From: an uncultured candidate division WWE3 bacterium
GTDB lineage: Bacteria > Patescibacteriota > WWE3 > UBA101185 > UBA10185
Direction of reading: 5' to 3'
Assembly (NCBI GenBank): GCA_963765125.1
Contig: CAVXUZ010000005.1
Coordinates: 263,837 to 327,836 of the forward strand
Length of the DNA stretch: 64,000 nt
Position 1 is the first letter of the stretch. Every line of letters starts with the position of its first letter. The notes beneath the pieces are model-generated. The model saw only the letters and a program-made list of their open reading frames with translations, ran no database searches and had not been told where the DNA came from. Positions 1-9,195 of this stretch are shown one piece after another. The translations under genes and the position numbers were made by a program.

Positions 1-1184
1 TTATCTATAGCGATGCCTAATGCGTCTTCATCTGATATTTTATTATTATCCTCACTAAGCATTGTGATTATTTGCGTCTCAGTCAGATCGCGAATTTCTT
101 TTTTATTTATGAATGTATTAAGTACTTTTTTTGCATCACTAGCTTTTGCAACAATTAATTTTGCTTTTTTTATATCTTCTAGTGTTAAAGCCTCAATTGC
201 TCTATTTTTTAGTTCGTTACCTATCTCAAAACTATTTAATATTTCTAATTTTTTGAATGAGTCGGTGTTTTTACTAAGCGCGTTAAACTCCTTTGAAAGT
301 TCTTTAAAATAAGCTTGATCAAACTCCATTGGCGGGATATCGGGTTCTGGAAAGTATCTATAATCTTGTGCGTTTTCTTTTGTTCTCTGGCTTACTGTAC
401 TATTTGTTGACTCTGTAAACCCTCTATTTTCTTGTATAGGCATTTCTCCTTTTTCGAGTAGTTCTCTTTGTCTTTTAATCTCTGCCAATACGGCCTTTTC
501 CATAAATTTAAATGAGTTAATGTTTTTTATTTCAACCTTGTATTTTGGAAGTTCGTTTTTAGCCCTCTGCTCGTCGGTTCTCAGCGAAATGTTTGGTTCT
601 AGCCTAAGTTGGCCCTTTTCCATGTCTGCTTCGCCAACACCGTATTCACGAACTACTTTTTGGACGTACTTTGCAAACTCTACCGCTTCGTCAATATCTT
701 CAAATATTGGTTTTGTTACAACCTCTATTAACGGCATCGAGCTCATATTGAAATCGATAAGAGTTTTGCCACCTTCGTGAATTGACTTAGCTGTGTCTTC
801 TTCTAAATGAATTCTGTCTAATAAAGCCTCTTTTCCAGAAGTTAACAGCATCTTGCCGCCTACACAAAACGGCTGTTTATATTGGCTGATTTGATATCCT
901 TTTGGCAAATCTGGGTAAAAATAATGTTTACGATCAAATTTTGAGTTCTCATTCAAATGACAACCAAAAACCATTCCCAAAAGTTGTGTTTTTCTTACAG
1001 CCTCTTCGTTAGGCACCGGCAACGCACCCGGCAAACCTAAACAAATAGGGCAAGTTACGGTATTTGGCTTTGCGTTATAAATATCTGTGCTACATCTGCA
1101 AAACATTTTTTTTGATGTATCAACATGCACGTGAATCTCTAAACCTAAAACTAAATTGTATTTACCTAATATCTCTTTATTCAT
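1..1184 (-). CDS. gatB: Asp-tRNA(Asn)/Glu-tRNA(Gln) amidotransferase subunit B (runs off the window start)
   Basis: Not in the ORF track because it is truncated. Manual minus-strand translation from ATG at 1184 gives MNKEILGKYNLVLGLEIHVHV...KMFC...CLGLPGALPVPN...FDRKHYFYPDLPKGYQISQ...YRYFPEPD. Confidence 0.96.
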   Translation of the reverse strand, partial: MNKEILGKYNLVLGLEIHVHVDTSKKMFCRCSTDIYNAKPNTVTCPICLGLPGALPVPNEEAVRKTQLLGMVFGCHLNENSKFDRKHYFYPDLPKGYQISQYKQPFCVGGKMLLTSGKEALLDRIHLEEDTAKSIHEGGKTLIDFNMSSMPLIEVVTKPIFEDIDEAVEFAKYVQKVVREYGVGEADMEKGQLRLEPNISLRTDEQRAKNELPKYKVEIKNINSFKFMEKAVLAEIKRQRELLEKGEMPIQENRGFTESTNSTVSQRTKENAQDYRYFPEPDIPPMEFDQAYFKELSKEFNALSKNTDSFKKLEILNSFEIGNELKNRAIEALTLEDIKKAKLIVAKASDAKKVLNTFINKKEIRDLTETQIITMLSEDNNKISDEDALGIAID

Positions 1185-1455
1185 CTTGCTTATCCTTTAT
1201 TATTTGAAGATCTTTACAGTCATAGGGCATTCCTAAACAATACGAGTCACCAACGCCTATTGCATTAGTACCTTTGGGAGTTGCCATTACCCCACCGCAT
1301 TTACATTCACGCAGGGTTCCTTCACGATATATTCGCGCAGGTTTAGGAAATATAAACGCCGCGATGGCAATAAAAGCAAATAATGCCAACAGTGGTCCGA
1401 TCAGATAAGTAAAATCAGACTTTCTATACTTTTTTATTTCTTGCGGTGTAATCAT
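1177..1455 (-). CDS. Small single-pass membrane protein with Cys-rich C-terminal domain
   Basis: One hydrophobic helix followed by CKC...C...C; overlaps both neighbours within the gat operon. Confidence 0.75.
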   Translation of the reverse strand: MITPQEIKKYRKSDFTYLIGPLLALFAFIAIAAFIFPKPARIYREGTLRECKCGGVMATPKGTNAIGVGDSYCLGMPYDCKDLQIIKDKQDE

Positions 1456-1847
1456 TAAACTCTTACTCCTAAAGTATTTACTGCTTTTCTAAACACTTCT
1501 ATTCCCGTAATTAGCATTGATTGGATTGGCTCGTAACCGCTTTCGTGTACTAACGCGTTTCTCATCTTGTGAGCCGCCCAAATTCTATCGTAATCTTCTT
1601 TTGTAAAAAGATCTTTTGCGTTTTTTAGTCTTTCTCCCATATTTTCACCAAAAACCTTGTCTCGTAATACGTTATCTAACGTTTTATCGGCAGATAAAAG
1701 AGCCTGTCTTAACTGGCTTGGACCTTTGCTTCTCACTAAAATTCCGATGTTATTCCACTCTTGTATAACGTTATCTCTAGTTGCGGGTTTTACTATCGAG
1801 CCGTTGGCGCCAATATTCTCAAATAACTTAAACAAATTAAAAACCAT
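1455..1847 (-). CDS. Hypothetical helical protein with HEPN-like RxxxxH motif
   Basis: ALLSADKTLD...AHKMRNALVHE; coupled to flanking ORFs. Confidence 0.7.
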   Translation of the reverse strand: MVFNLFKLFENIGANGSIVKPATRDNVIQEWNNIGILVRSKGPSQLRQALLSADKTLDNVLRDKVFGENMGERLKNAKDLFTKEDYDRIWAAHKMRNALVHESGYEPIQSMLITGIEVFRKAVNTLGVRV

Positions 1848-1848
1848 T

Positions 1849-2046
1849 TTATTTAAATATCTTTCTTACAATTAAGACTATTAACAAGCCTCCTAATGCG
1901 TGAGATAAGAACTGCACAAACGCGGGAAGCTCCGATGGTTTCATTCCAAACATTGCTGCAATTAAATAATTTCCAAGCGACACTGCTGCGATTATAAATA
2001 ATGCCAGCATTACTAACCCAAATATACTTGCAGGATTCATTTTCAT
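1849..2046 (-). CDS. Small two-TM membrane protein
   Basis: Two hydrophobic helices; ATGA overlap with gatA stop. Confidence 0.7.
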   Translation of the reverse strand: MKMNPASIFGLVMLALFIIAAVSLGNYLIAAMFGMKPSELPAFVQFLSHALGGLLIVLIVRKIFK

Positions 2047-3479
2047 ATTTTTATTTTATATATCTCCTTATGATATTTTGTAACTTTTTGATAGGCCATC
2101 GCTGCTGCGATTACCTTTGCTTCGTCAAACATATTTCCCATTATTTGTACACCTACCGGCAAACCATTTGAAAAACCGCAAGGTACTGAAGCACCGGTAA
2201 TTCCTGCTATTGAGCTTTGCTCTGCTAACACGTCCATTAATTCACCAAACATAGACGATTTCTGCGATTCTCCTAACGGTAACGCTACACACGGCATAGT
2301 GGGTCCAATTATTAGATCGACTTTTTTAAATGCGTTTTTCAAATCATCAATCAAAAGTGTTCTTACCTTTTGAGCTTTTGAATAATATGCGTCGTAGTAA
2401 CCAGAACTTAGAGTATACGCTCCCAGCATCATACGTTTTTTTGCTTCGTATCCAAAGTCTGTTCGTGGCCCGCCATACCTTATACCGTCAAGGCGAGAAA
2501 GATTAGAAGAAACTTCGGATCTTTGTAAGATTGTGTACACAGCTATTGAATATTTTGGGTCAATGAGATCTATGTCTATTATTTCTGCGCCGAGGTCTTT
2601 AAATACCTCTAAACTTTCTTCTACGTAACGTTTTACATCGTACTCTAGTTCGATTTCAAAATATGACTTCGGTTTGCCAATTTTTATACCCTTCATACTA
2701 ATTTTTTCTGCGTCTTTTAGATAATTCTTTACGGGTTCTTCTGAACTTGTAGCATCTCTAAAATCTTTACCTGCCACAACTTCTAAAACTAATGCTGCGT
2801 CCCTCATGGTTTTTGTAAGTGGACCTGGAGAATCAGTTGATGAAGCCATAGCAACAACACCATAACGGCTAACTCTGCCGTAAGTTGGTTTTAAGCCAGA
2901 AATACCAGACCATGCAGCGGGACCCCTAATACTCCCTGCGGTTTCACTTCCCATTGCGAAAATGCACATATTTGCTGCAACAGCGGCGGCTGAACCTCCT
3001 GAAGAGCCTCCCGGAGATCTTTTTAAATCAAAAGGATTTGCTGTTTTGAAAAAGTCTGATGTTTCTGTGCTCGAACCATGCGCAAATGCATCCATGTTTG
3101 TCTTTCCTAGAAGAACCGCGCCTGCTAGGTTTAACCTGTCAGTTACAGTCGATTCAAACGGAGGAACATAATCTTTTAATATTTTTGAGGACGCTGTTGT
3201 TTTAATACCTTTTGTAGAATAGTTATCTTTTGCTGCATAGGGCAAACCAAGAAGCGGGTATTTATCCCAAGCTTTTTCTTTTAATGACTTTATTACTGAG
3301 TCTGCCCACGAAGCTCTTTCTAAGGCAAATTCGTCGGTTACAGTGACAAAAGCTTTTACTTTGCTGTCTAATGCTTTTATGGTGTCTAAACAGGCGATTG
3401 TTAGCTCTGTCGAGGTGAATTTGCCCTCTTTGAGACCTTTTATTGATTCTTCGATTGTTAATTCATTAAGCTTTTTCAT
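2043..3479 (-). CDS. gatA: Glutamyl-tRNA amidotransferase subunit A
   Basis: Amidase signature PGGSSGGSAAAVA, GSETAGSIRGPA, GLKPTYGRVSRYG; start placed at MKKLNEL just after gatC. Confidence 0.97.
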   Translation of the reverse strand: MKKLNELTIEESIKGLKEGKFTSTELTIACLDTIKALDSKVKAFVTVTDEFALERASWADSVIKSLKEKAWDKYPLLGLPYAAKDNYSTKGIKTTASSKILKDYVPPFESTVTDRLNLAGAVLLGKTNMDAFAHGSSTETSDFFKTANPFDLKRSPGGSSGGSAAAVAANMCIFAMGSETAGSIRGPAAWSGISGLKPTYGRVSRYGVVAMASSTDSPGPLTKTMRDAALVLEVVAGKDFRDATSSEEPVKNYLKDAEKISMKGIKIGKPKSYFEIELEYDVKRYVEESLEVFKDLGAEIIDIDLIDPKYSIAVYTILQRSEVSSNLSRLDGIRYGGPRTDFGYEAKKRMMLGAYTLSSGYYDAYYSKAQKVRTLLIDDLKNAFKKVDLIIGPTMPCVALPLGESQKSSMFGELMDVLAEQSSIAGITGASVPCGFSNGLPVGVQIMGNMFDEAKVIAAAMAYQKVTKYHKEIYKIKI

Positions 3480-3480
3480 A

Positions 3481-3783
3481 CTATCTTTCAAAAACTGCTT
3501 TTGTACCAAAATAATCTTTAATTCTCTCCCCCGTGCTAGATAAAGCCTCTTCTTTTGTTAAAGTCTCACTTTTTTCTTCTTCTTTTTGGAAAACGTTGGT
3601 TAAACCTGTAACTTGAAATGTTTCGGTAACTTTTGATGTGTCTAACTCTTCTAAAACCTTGATGTAGTCAATCGTCTCAGTTAATTTTTCACCAAGAGAG
3701 TCTTGCTCATCCTCAGAAAGCTTTAAATTACTTAGATTTGCTATGTATAAAACCTCTTCTCTTGATAATTTCTTAGTATTCAT
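3481..3783 (-). CDS. gatC: Amidotransferase subunit C
   Basis: LSREEVLYIANLSNLKL...YIKVLEELDT...TNVF; directly upstream of gatA. Confidence 0.93.
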   Translation of the reverse strand: MNTKKLSREEVLYIANLSNLKLSEDEQDSLGEKLTETIDYIKVLEELDTSKVTETFQVTGLTNVFQKEEEKSETLTKEEALSSTGERIKDYFGTKAVFER

Positions 3784-3804
3784 CTTATGTAATATAGCAC
3801 ACAG

Positions 3805-4689
3805 CTACATCGACTCTAAACGCCTTATGCGCTCTTCTATCGGTGGGTGCGTGTCAAAAAGTTTAAAAAACGACTGCATACGCAGGGGGTGGACAATGTA
3901 CATATGGGCTGTCGCACCATTAGCCTCTTCTAGGATCTGTGTGTCGTGGGCTAACTTTCTTAAAGCGTCAGCTAAACCCTCTGGATACCTTGTTAACAGC
4001 GCGGCGGTAGAATCAGCGAGAAATTCCCTTTTTCGACTAATTAGTGCCTTAATTAGAGCCGCAACTAGTGGACTTAGGATGATTAGGACTATACCTATAA
4101 GCACAAATGATCCGCCAAAGCTTGATCTTCTATCTCTACGCCCAAAAAATAATCCACGGGTAAAAAAATCGGCCACAAGAGTAATGGTACCTACCATAAC
4201 AGCCACAACAGTCATAACTAGTACATCGTAATTTTGTATATGCGATAGCTCGTGTGCAACTACACCCTCAAGTTCTCTTTTTTCTAGATGTTCAACTATT
4301 CCTCTAGTAAAGCAAATTACGCTGTGTTCAGGGTTTCGCCCCGTTGCAAATGCGTTCATTGCAGAATCATCAATCATATAAATCTGAGGTTTCTTTAAGC
4401 CAGAAGCGATGCATAGGTTGTCTACCAAATTGTGAAGTTCGGGATTTGCCTCATACTCCACCTTCTTTGCGCTTGAAATCATGAGAACAATTTTGTCTGA
4501 GTAATAGTAAGAAACAACGCTAGAAATGACTGCGTACACTGCTGCTACTACAATAAAATAATAGCCAGCTCCTGGTTCATACCATTCACCAATAAAATAT
4601 CCTAAAAATGAGATAAATATAATTGTCAAAAAGATGATAACTGCCGTATCGCGCTTATTGTTACTAATATGATTGTAGATATTTGGCAT
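3805..4689 (-). CDS. htpX: Membrane zinc metalloprotease HtpX (M48)
   Basis: NAFATG, HELSH zinc motif, ISRKREFLAD, FDTHPP; downstream of lemA. Confidence 0.95.
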   Translation of the reverse strand: MPNIYNHISNNKRDTAVIIFLTIIFISFLGYFIGEWYEPGAGYYFIVVAAVYAVISSVVSYYYSDKIVLMISSAKKVEYEANPELHNLVDNLCIASGLKKPQIYMIDDSAMNAFATGRNPEHSVICFTRGIVEHLEKRELEGVVAHELSHIQNYDVLVMTVVAVMVGTITLVADFFTRGLFFGRRDRRSSFGGSFVLIGIVLIILSPLVAALIKALISRKREFLADSTAALLTRYPEGLADALRKLAHDTQILEEANGATAHMYIVHPLRMQSFFKLFDTHPPIEERIRRLESM

Positions 4690-4728
4690 AACTGTATTTT
4701 AGCCTTTTATGCCTAAAGTTGTAAGGTT

Positions 4729-4758
4729 AAAAAAAGGACCCGCCGAAACGAGCCCTTT
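4729..4758 (-). terminator. Intrinsic terminator after lemA
   Basis: Minus strand AAGGGCTCGT-TTCG-GCGGGTCC followed by a T run. Confidence 0.8.
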
Positions 4759-4779
4759 CTTTTTCATTTACTAATGATT

Positions 4780-5343
4780 TTATTGTTTTGCAGAAAAATC
4801 GACTTTGACGGCTTCTCTTTCTTCAGGAGCAGCTTCAAAAAATTCTTTTTCTTTAAATCCCATAATCATTGCAACCAAGTTTGATGGAACCATCACAATT
4901 TTTTGGTTGAAATCTCTGACCACGCTGTTATAAAACTGTCTTGAATAAGCGACCTTATCTTCAGTGTCTGAGAGCTCTCTTTGCAGGTTTAAAAATCCCT
5001 CTTGAGCTTTAAGATCTGGATAAGCCTCGGCAATAGCAAAAAGGCTCTTTAACGCGCCTGTTAGCATAGTATCAGCATCACCAGCCTCTTTTGGACTGTT
5101 TGCACTCATTAAAGCTGATCTTGCTTTTGTAACATTTTCGAAGACCTCTTTCTCATGAGTTGCGTAACCTTTAACGGTTTCCACAATGTTCGGTATCAAA
5201 TCAACTCTTCTTTTTAATTGAACGTCGATCTGACTCCACGCCTCTTGAATTTTTACTTTAAGAGATTGTAGAGCGTTAAAGATGCCTACTGCGTAAAGTA
5301 AAATTCCCGCAATAACTAAAATTGGTAAAAGTGTAAGATTCAT
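4780..5343 (-). CDS. lemA: LemA family protein
   Basis: AWSQIDVQLKRRVDLIPN, AEAYPDLKA, SRQFYN. Confidence 0.96.
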   Translation of the reverse strand: MNLTLLPILVIAGILLYAVGIFNALQSLKVKIQEAWSQIDVQLKRRVDLIPNIVETVKGYATHEKEVFENVTKARSALMSANSPKEAGDADTMLTGALKSLFAIAEAYPDLKAQEGFLNLQRELSDTEDKVAYSRQFYNSVVRDFNQKIVMVPSNLVAMIMGFKEKEFFEAAPEEREAVKVDFSAKQ

Positions 5344-5388
5344 AAATAATTCCTTTCTAAATAACTACGCTAATAGTATCAAAAAAAC

Positions 5389-7155
5389 TTACCTTGCAGA
5401 ACTCTTTTTTAGCTTTAAAAGAAAATCTTTAAGAGTAAGCGTGTTTACAATGTTAGAGGGCAAACACCAACCTCTACGGGCAACGTCAATTGCGTACTTC
5501 ATCAAATCTAGTTGTTCAATTGCGTGTGCGTCAGTACTGACCAGTAAGTCGATGCCTCTCTCTAACGCCTCTTCAACTAAATCCTCAGGTAAGTCTAGCC
5601 TGTTTGGTTGTCCGTTTATTTCTATAATCTTGTTGTTTTCTTTTGCAGCAACAAAAACCTCGCGCCAGTTTACATCGCAAGCCTCTCTTTCGTTTATTAG
5701 TCGCCCAGCCGGATGCGCGATTATATTAATATAGGGATTTTCTAGTGCAGAGATCAATCTTTTTGTTATAGTGTCGCGGTCTTGGTTAAAAGAAGTGTGA
5801 ATTCCACCTATCGCATAATCTAATTTTTTAAGGAGCTCGTCTGGTAACGCCATTTCTTTATCGGCTAGAATATTGACCTCATACCCATAAAGTACTTTTA
5901 TTTTATTTTGTGAGTGATTGAATTGGTCTATCGTCTCTCTAGTTTCGGTAATAATCTTTTCAACTTCTTCAAAACCTCTGCTTTGAATACTTGGTGAATG
6001 ATCAGAAACGCCGTAGTACTCGTAGTCTAGCGCGTTTGCGGCGCTTATCATTTCATGAAGTGTATTAATACCATCAGACGCAATGGTGTGCGTGTGAATA
6101 TCACCTTTTATATCACTACGCGAAATAAGATTGGGCAGTTCATTCTTTGACGCGAGTTCAACCTCGTTTTTACCTTGGCGAAGTTCTGGTGGAACATACT
6201 GTAAATCGAGAAATTTGTAAAAAGCGTCTTCTTCACCAAACTCGTGAAGAACGTTACCTTTTTTAATTCCATATTCTGAGAGAGAACACTTCTTTTTTTC
6301 TATCGCGTAGGTTCGTAGCGAAATGTTATGTGCCTTCGATCCGGTAAAATACTGCATCATGGAGCCATAATTTGAACTTGTGCATACTCTAATATCTACT
6401 TGAACATCATCACCCATAACAACTGACGCCCTCTGCTCACCTTTAACAAGAACTTCTTCTATTTCTTCGAATTTTAGAAAATAATTTATTGCTGCTTCAG
6501 GATTTGTTGTCTTTATAGCAATATCTAAATCACCCACCGTTGCACTTCGACGTCTTAATGACCCTAGTGCAATAGCATCCTCAATCTCTGGATGCCTCTC
6601 TAAATACGAAATAACGCGATCGGCAATTGTTTCAGCAGAAATAAGTAGCATTCTCTGTTTTTCACTTTTCGTCATTTTTATTTCTGAAATCGACTCGAGG
6701 ATTAATTTTTCAGACTTTTCAGCAAAACCAGGAAGAATTCGAATTCTACCCCCTTCTGCTGCCTTTTTTACTTCATCTAAAGCAGTTTCTCTTTTCTTTA
6801 AATTAAACGCCTGCGACAATTTATAAGCTTTTTTGGCTCCAATACCCCTTAGACCAATTAGAGCAAACATGCCCTGTGGTAAATCGTGCTTAATTGCTTC
6901 AAACTCAGTTACTTTTCCTGTGGTAAATAATTCTGTAAGATGCGCAATTAACGTACCTCCAACGCCTGGTATTTCGTCTAGTTTATTATTTTCCCAAAGG
7001 TTATAGACACTTCTTGTAAGACCTTCTATGGCACCAATTGCGTTTTGATATGCGCGAATTCTAAAAAAGTTAAACTCCTTAACCTCCATAGCCGCTAGAA
7101 CTTCTTTTAGCTGGGATACTATTTCTGAATTAGTAATTTTGAATGTTTTAGTCAC
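5389..7155 (-). CDS. polX: DNA polymerase X with C-terminal PHP domain
   Basis: HhH motifs, GSLRR...GDLDI, YFTGSKAHN; PHP motifs DIHTHT, SDHS, AHP, STDAH. Confidence 0.95.
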   Translation of the reverse strand: MTKTFKITNSEIVSQLKEVLAAMEVKEFNFFRIRAYQNAIGAIEGLTRSVYNLWENNKLDEIPGVGGTLIAHLTELFTTGKVTEFEAIKHDLPQGMFALIGLRGIGAKKAYKLSQAFNLKKRETALDEVKKAAEGGRIRILPGFAEKSEKLILESISEIKMTKSEKQRMLLISAETIADRVISYLERHPEIEDAIALGSLRRRSATVGDLDIAIKTTNPEAAINYFLKFEEIEEVLVKGEQRASVVMGDDVQVDIRVCTSSNYGSMMQYFTGSKAHNISLRTYAIEKKKCSLSEYGIKKGNVLHEFGEEDAFYKFLDLQYVPPELRQGKNEVELASKNELPNLISRSDIKGDIHTHTIASDGINTLHEMISAANALDYEYYGVSDHSPSIQSRGFEEVEKIITETRETIDQFNHSQNKIKVLYGYEVNILADKEMALPDELLKKLDYAIGGIHTSFNQDRDTITKRLISALENPYINIIAHPAGRLINEREACDVNWREVFVAAKENNKIIEINGQPNRLDLPEDLVEEALERGIDLLVSTDAHAIEQLDLMKYAIDVARRGWCLPSNIVNTLTLKDFLLKLKKSSAR

Positions 7156-7158
7156 TGT

Positions 7159-7500
7159 TTAAAATTCAGTAACGCTTTCTTGAGCAGATCTTGATTGACC
7201 GTACGCGTCAAGCTTAGTTTGAAAGGAACTCAAAGTCATAAGTGTTGCAGTAGCAATGATAAGTGAAAGAAGCCAGATATTATTTTTTTTATGAGGTGTG
7301 AATTGGGTAATGCCTACAAATACGTTTAGAACGGCTAAAAACAGTATGGGTATAATATATGTGAATAGGTCAAAAGTAAGAATGTCTTGTATTGGGTAGT
7401 TTTGAAGTGACACCGAGAGCCTAAAGATCGTGATAAGTACCCATAAAACGATTATAAAATTAAATCCACCAAACAGTTTTCTTTCATCACCATGTTTCAT
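7159..7500 (-). CDS. Hypothetical membrane protein (about 3 TM)
   Basis: Three hydrophobic segments; ATG at 7500 preferred over TTG at 7530. Confidence 0.7.
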   Translation of the reverse strand: MKHGDERKLFGGFNFIIVLWVLITIFRLSVSLQNYPIQDILTFDLFTYIIPILFLAVLNVFVGITQFTPHKKNNIWLLSLIIATATLMTLSSFQTKLDAYGQSRSAQESVTEF

Positions 7501-7550
7501 ATTAATTAAGTATATATTTGCTTTTAACAATTATCAATCATGCTAATTAA

Positions 7551-7580
7551 TTGACGCGTTAGCGCTTTATTTGTTAAGAT
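7551..7580 (+). promoter_or_regulatory. Sigma70-type promoter for tRNA-Asp
   Basis: TTGACG-18 bp-TAAGAT with extended TG. Confidence 0.6.
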
Positions 7581-7608
7581 ATCAACGCGCCATTTAGGCA
7601 TATAACTG

Positions 7609-7685
7609 GGGGTGGTAGCTCAGCTGGTTAGAGCGCCTGCCTGTCACGTAGGAGGTCGCGGGTTCGAGTCCCGTCCATCCCGCCA
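7609..7685 (+). tRNA. tRNA-Asp(GTC)
   Basis: Cloverleaf; anticodon arm CCTGC-CTGTCAC-GTAGG; GGTTCGAGTCC; encoded CCA. Confidence 0.97.
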
Positions 7686-7888
7686 GATTATTCTCATCTC
7701 ATATCTATAAAAGTCCTTGAAAAGGTTATTTCAAAAATGTAATACTATAACTGGTAGAACAAAACTATAAAGTTGTTACTGCTTTGTACTCTGCTCTACT
7801 CTGGATACTTTAAGAAGTATCAATAACGCCCCCACGCATAAGAGTATTTGGTTATGGGTTAAAACCTAGTTTTAACACAGGAGAAAAA

Positions 7889-8428
7889 ATGACAAATTTT
7901 AAAAATAATAATAAGGGTTCTACCAATGACGGTTTGGCACTTATTGTTGGTGGGCTTTTTGTACTTGCTTTAGTATTCGCTACGTATTCATATTTCAATA
8001 GAACTCCTTCACAGGATAAAAATATTAAAGAAGATGCGGTATCAAAAAACGACAGCGCTGAAAAAGAGACTCTAAGTTTAGGTGAAAGAATCAAAGAATT
8101 ATTTAATACAGATTCCAAAAAAGGTGATATTAACGGCACAGGCGGTGCTATGGACGATAAATCAGTAGATAAATCACAGGTATTAGGAACAGGCGGTCCA
8201 AAAGTACTCTACAGCGTTTGGGAAGCAACAGACTATCAAAAGGGTGATATATCTGGCGGTTCTTACGTTGTTAAATCAGGCGACACCTTGTGGGAAATTG
8301 CTGAAGCAGTCTATGGTAATGGCGCAGAATGGACAAAGATATTAGAAGCAAATAGCTCAAGCGTTGGATATCTTCCAAGTGGCGAACAAGCACTCATAAT
8401 GGTTGGTCAAACAATAGTATTACCTTAA
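7889..8428 (+). CDS. Membrane-anchored LysM-domain protein
   Basis: N-terminal TM; YVVKSGDTLWEIAEAVYG...WTKILEAN; AGGAG SD. Confidence 0.92.
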   Translation: MTNFKNNNKGSTNDGLALIVGGLFVLALVFATYSYFNRTPSQDKNIKEDAVSKNDSAEKETLSLGERIKELFNTDSKKGDINGTGGAMDDKSVDKSQVLGTGGPKVLYSVWEATDYQKGDISGGSYVVKSGDTLWEIAEAVYGNGAEWTKILEANSSSVGYLPSGEQALIMVGQTIVLP

Positions 8429-8458
8429 TATAGGCTTTATTTTTAATAGAATAACTTG

Positions 8459-8487
8459 AAAACCCTCGTTTCGGTACGGGGGTTTTT
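8459..8487 (+). terminator. Intrinsic terminator after LysM gene
   Basis: AAAACCCTCG...CGGGGGTTTTT. Confidence 0.75.
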
Positions 8488-8521
8488 GTATAATAAAGGG
8501 CGCGCAACGGTAAAAACGTAT

Positions 8522-8596
8522 GCGGGTGTGGCTTAGTGGTAAAGCGTCTCCTTCCCAAGGAGAAGACCGCGGGTTCGAGTCCCGTCACCCGCTCCA
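8522..8596 (+). tRNA. tRNA-Gly(CCC)
   Basis: Cloverleaf; anticodon arm TCTCC-TTCCCAA-GGAGA; encoded CCA. Confidence 0.97.
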
Positions 8597-8766
8597 TGAA
8601 GATGCACAGTAACCCGAAGGGTTAGTGGGCATATTCATAGGGAATAAGGGACGAGAATGCCGGAAGGCGCGTAAGCGACTGAGGCGGGGTCGAATGCTTT
8701 CAAATCTTAATGAGCTTGCGAATTTAGAGTTGAAAGACATGTGACCGAGTCCCGTCACCCGCTCCA
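8597..8766 (+). mobile_element. Hairpin-rich non-coding module ending in a duplicate of the tRNA-Gly 3' end (att-like remnant or small non-autonomous element)
   Basis: 21-bp direct repeat 8576-8596 = 8746-8766; several stem-loops between the copies; GC-rich relative to flanks. Confidence 0.6.
8746..8766 (+). repeat. Direct repeat of the last 21 nt of tRNA-Gly
   Basis: CGAGTCCCGTCACCCGCTCCA, identical to 8576-8596. Confidence 0.97.
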
Positions 8767-8772
8767 GCAAAT

Positions 8773-9195
8773 ATGTGTCCATTTTGCAATATAGACAAAG
8801 AAAAAAATAGAATTATAAAATCAGGAAAATATGTATGGGTTATTATGAGCAATCCACGTCTTGTTGAAGGACACCTCTTAGTAGTTCCAAAAAGACATGT
8901 GGAGAAACTTTCTGAATTGAATAACAAAGAAAAAGATGAACTGATAAACACCACAATTGAGTTTCAAGAACTAATACTAAAGAAGTATGCATCAGGGTGT
9001 GATATAAGACAGAACTGTAGACCCTTCCAAAAAGAAAGCAAATTAAAAGTAAATCATCTTCACCTACACCTACAGCCCAGAGAGCTATTTGACGAACTTT
9101 ACAAAGTATCACAGATTTATGAAAAAGAACTATTTAAGGATTTGGATGGTGGGGAGATTAAGAAATTCACTAAGTTATTCTCGAATATTAAGTAG
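8773..9195 (+). CDS. HIT family nucleotide hydrolase
   Basis: CPFC, GHLLVVPKRH, histidine triad HLHLH. Confidence 0.92.
   Translation: MCPFCNIDKEKNRIIKSGKYVWVIMSNPRLVEGHLLVVPKRHVEKLSELNNKEKDELINTTIEFQELILKKYASGCDIRQNCRPFQKESKLKVNHLHLHLQPRELFDELYKVSQIYEKELFKDLDGGEIKKFTKLFSNIK

Noticed and set aside
7750-8460. 5'-3' end pairing around the LysM gene
   Set aside because: Only short, G-U-dependent, AT-rich matches were found, indistinguishable from chance
8648-8766. Second functional tRNA-Gly or group I/II intron-containing tRNA
   Set aside because: No 5' acceptor strand, D-arm or anticodon arm can be formed, and the insert is far too short for a self-splicing intron
8394-8782. Minus-strand ORFs 8394-8597 and 8585-8782 sharing the peptide ERVTGL
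   Set aside because: The shared peptide is the antisense reading of the duplicated tRNA 3' end; there is no coding evidence
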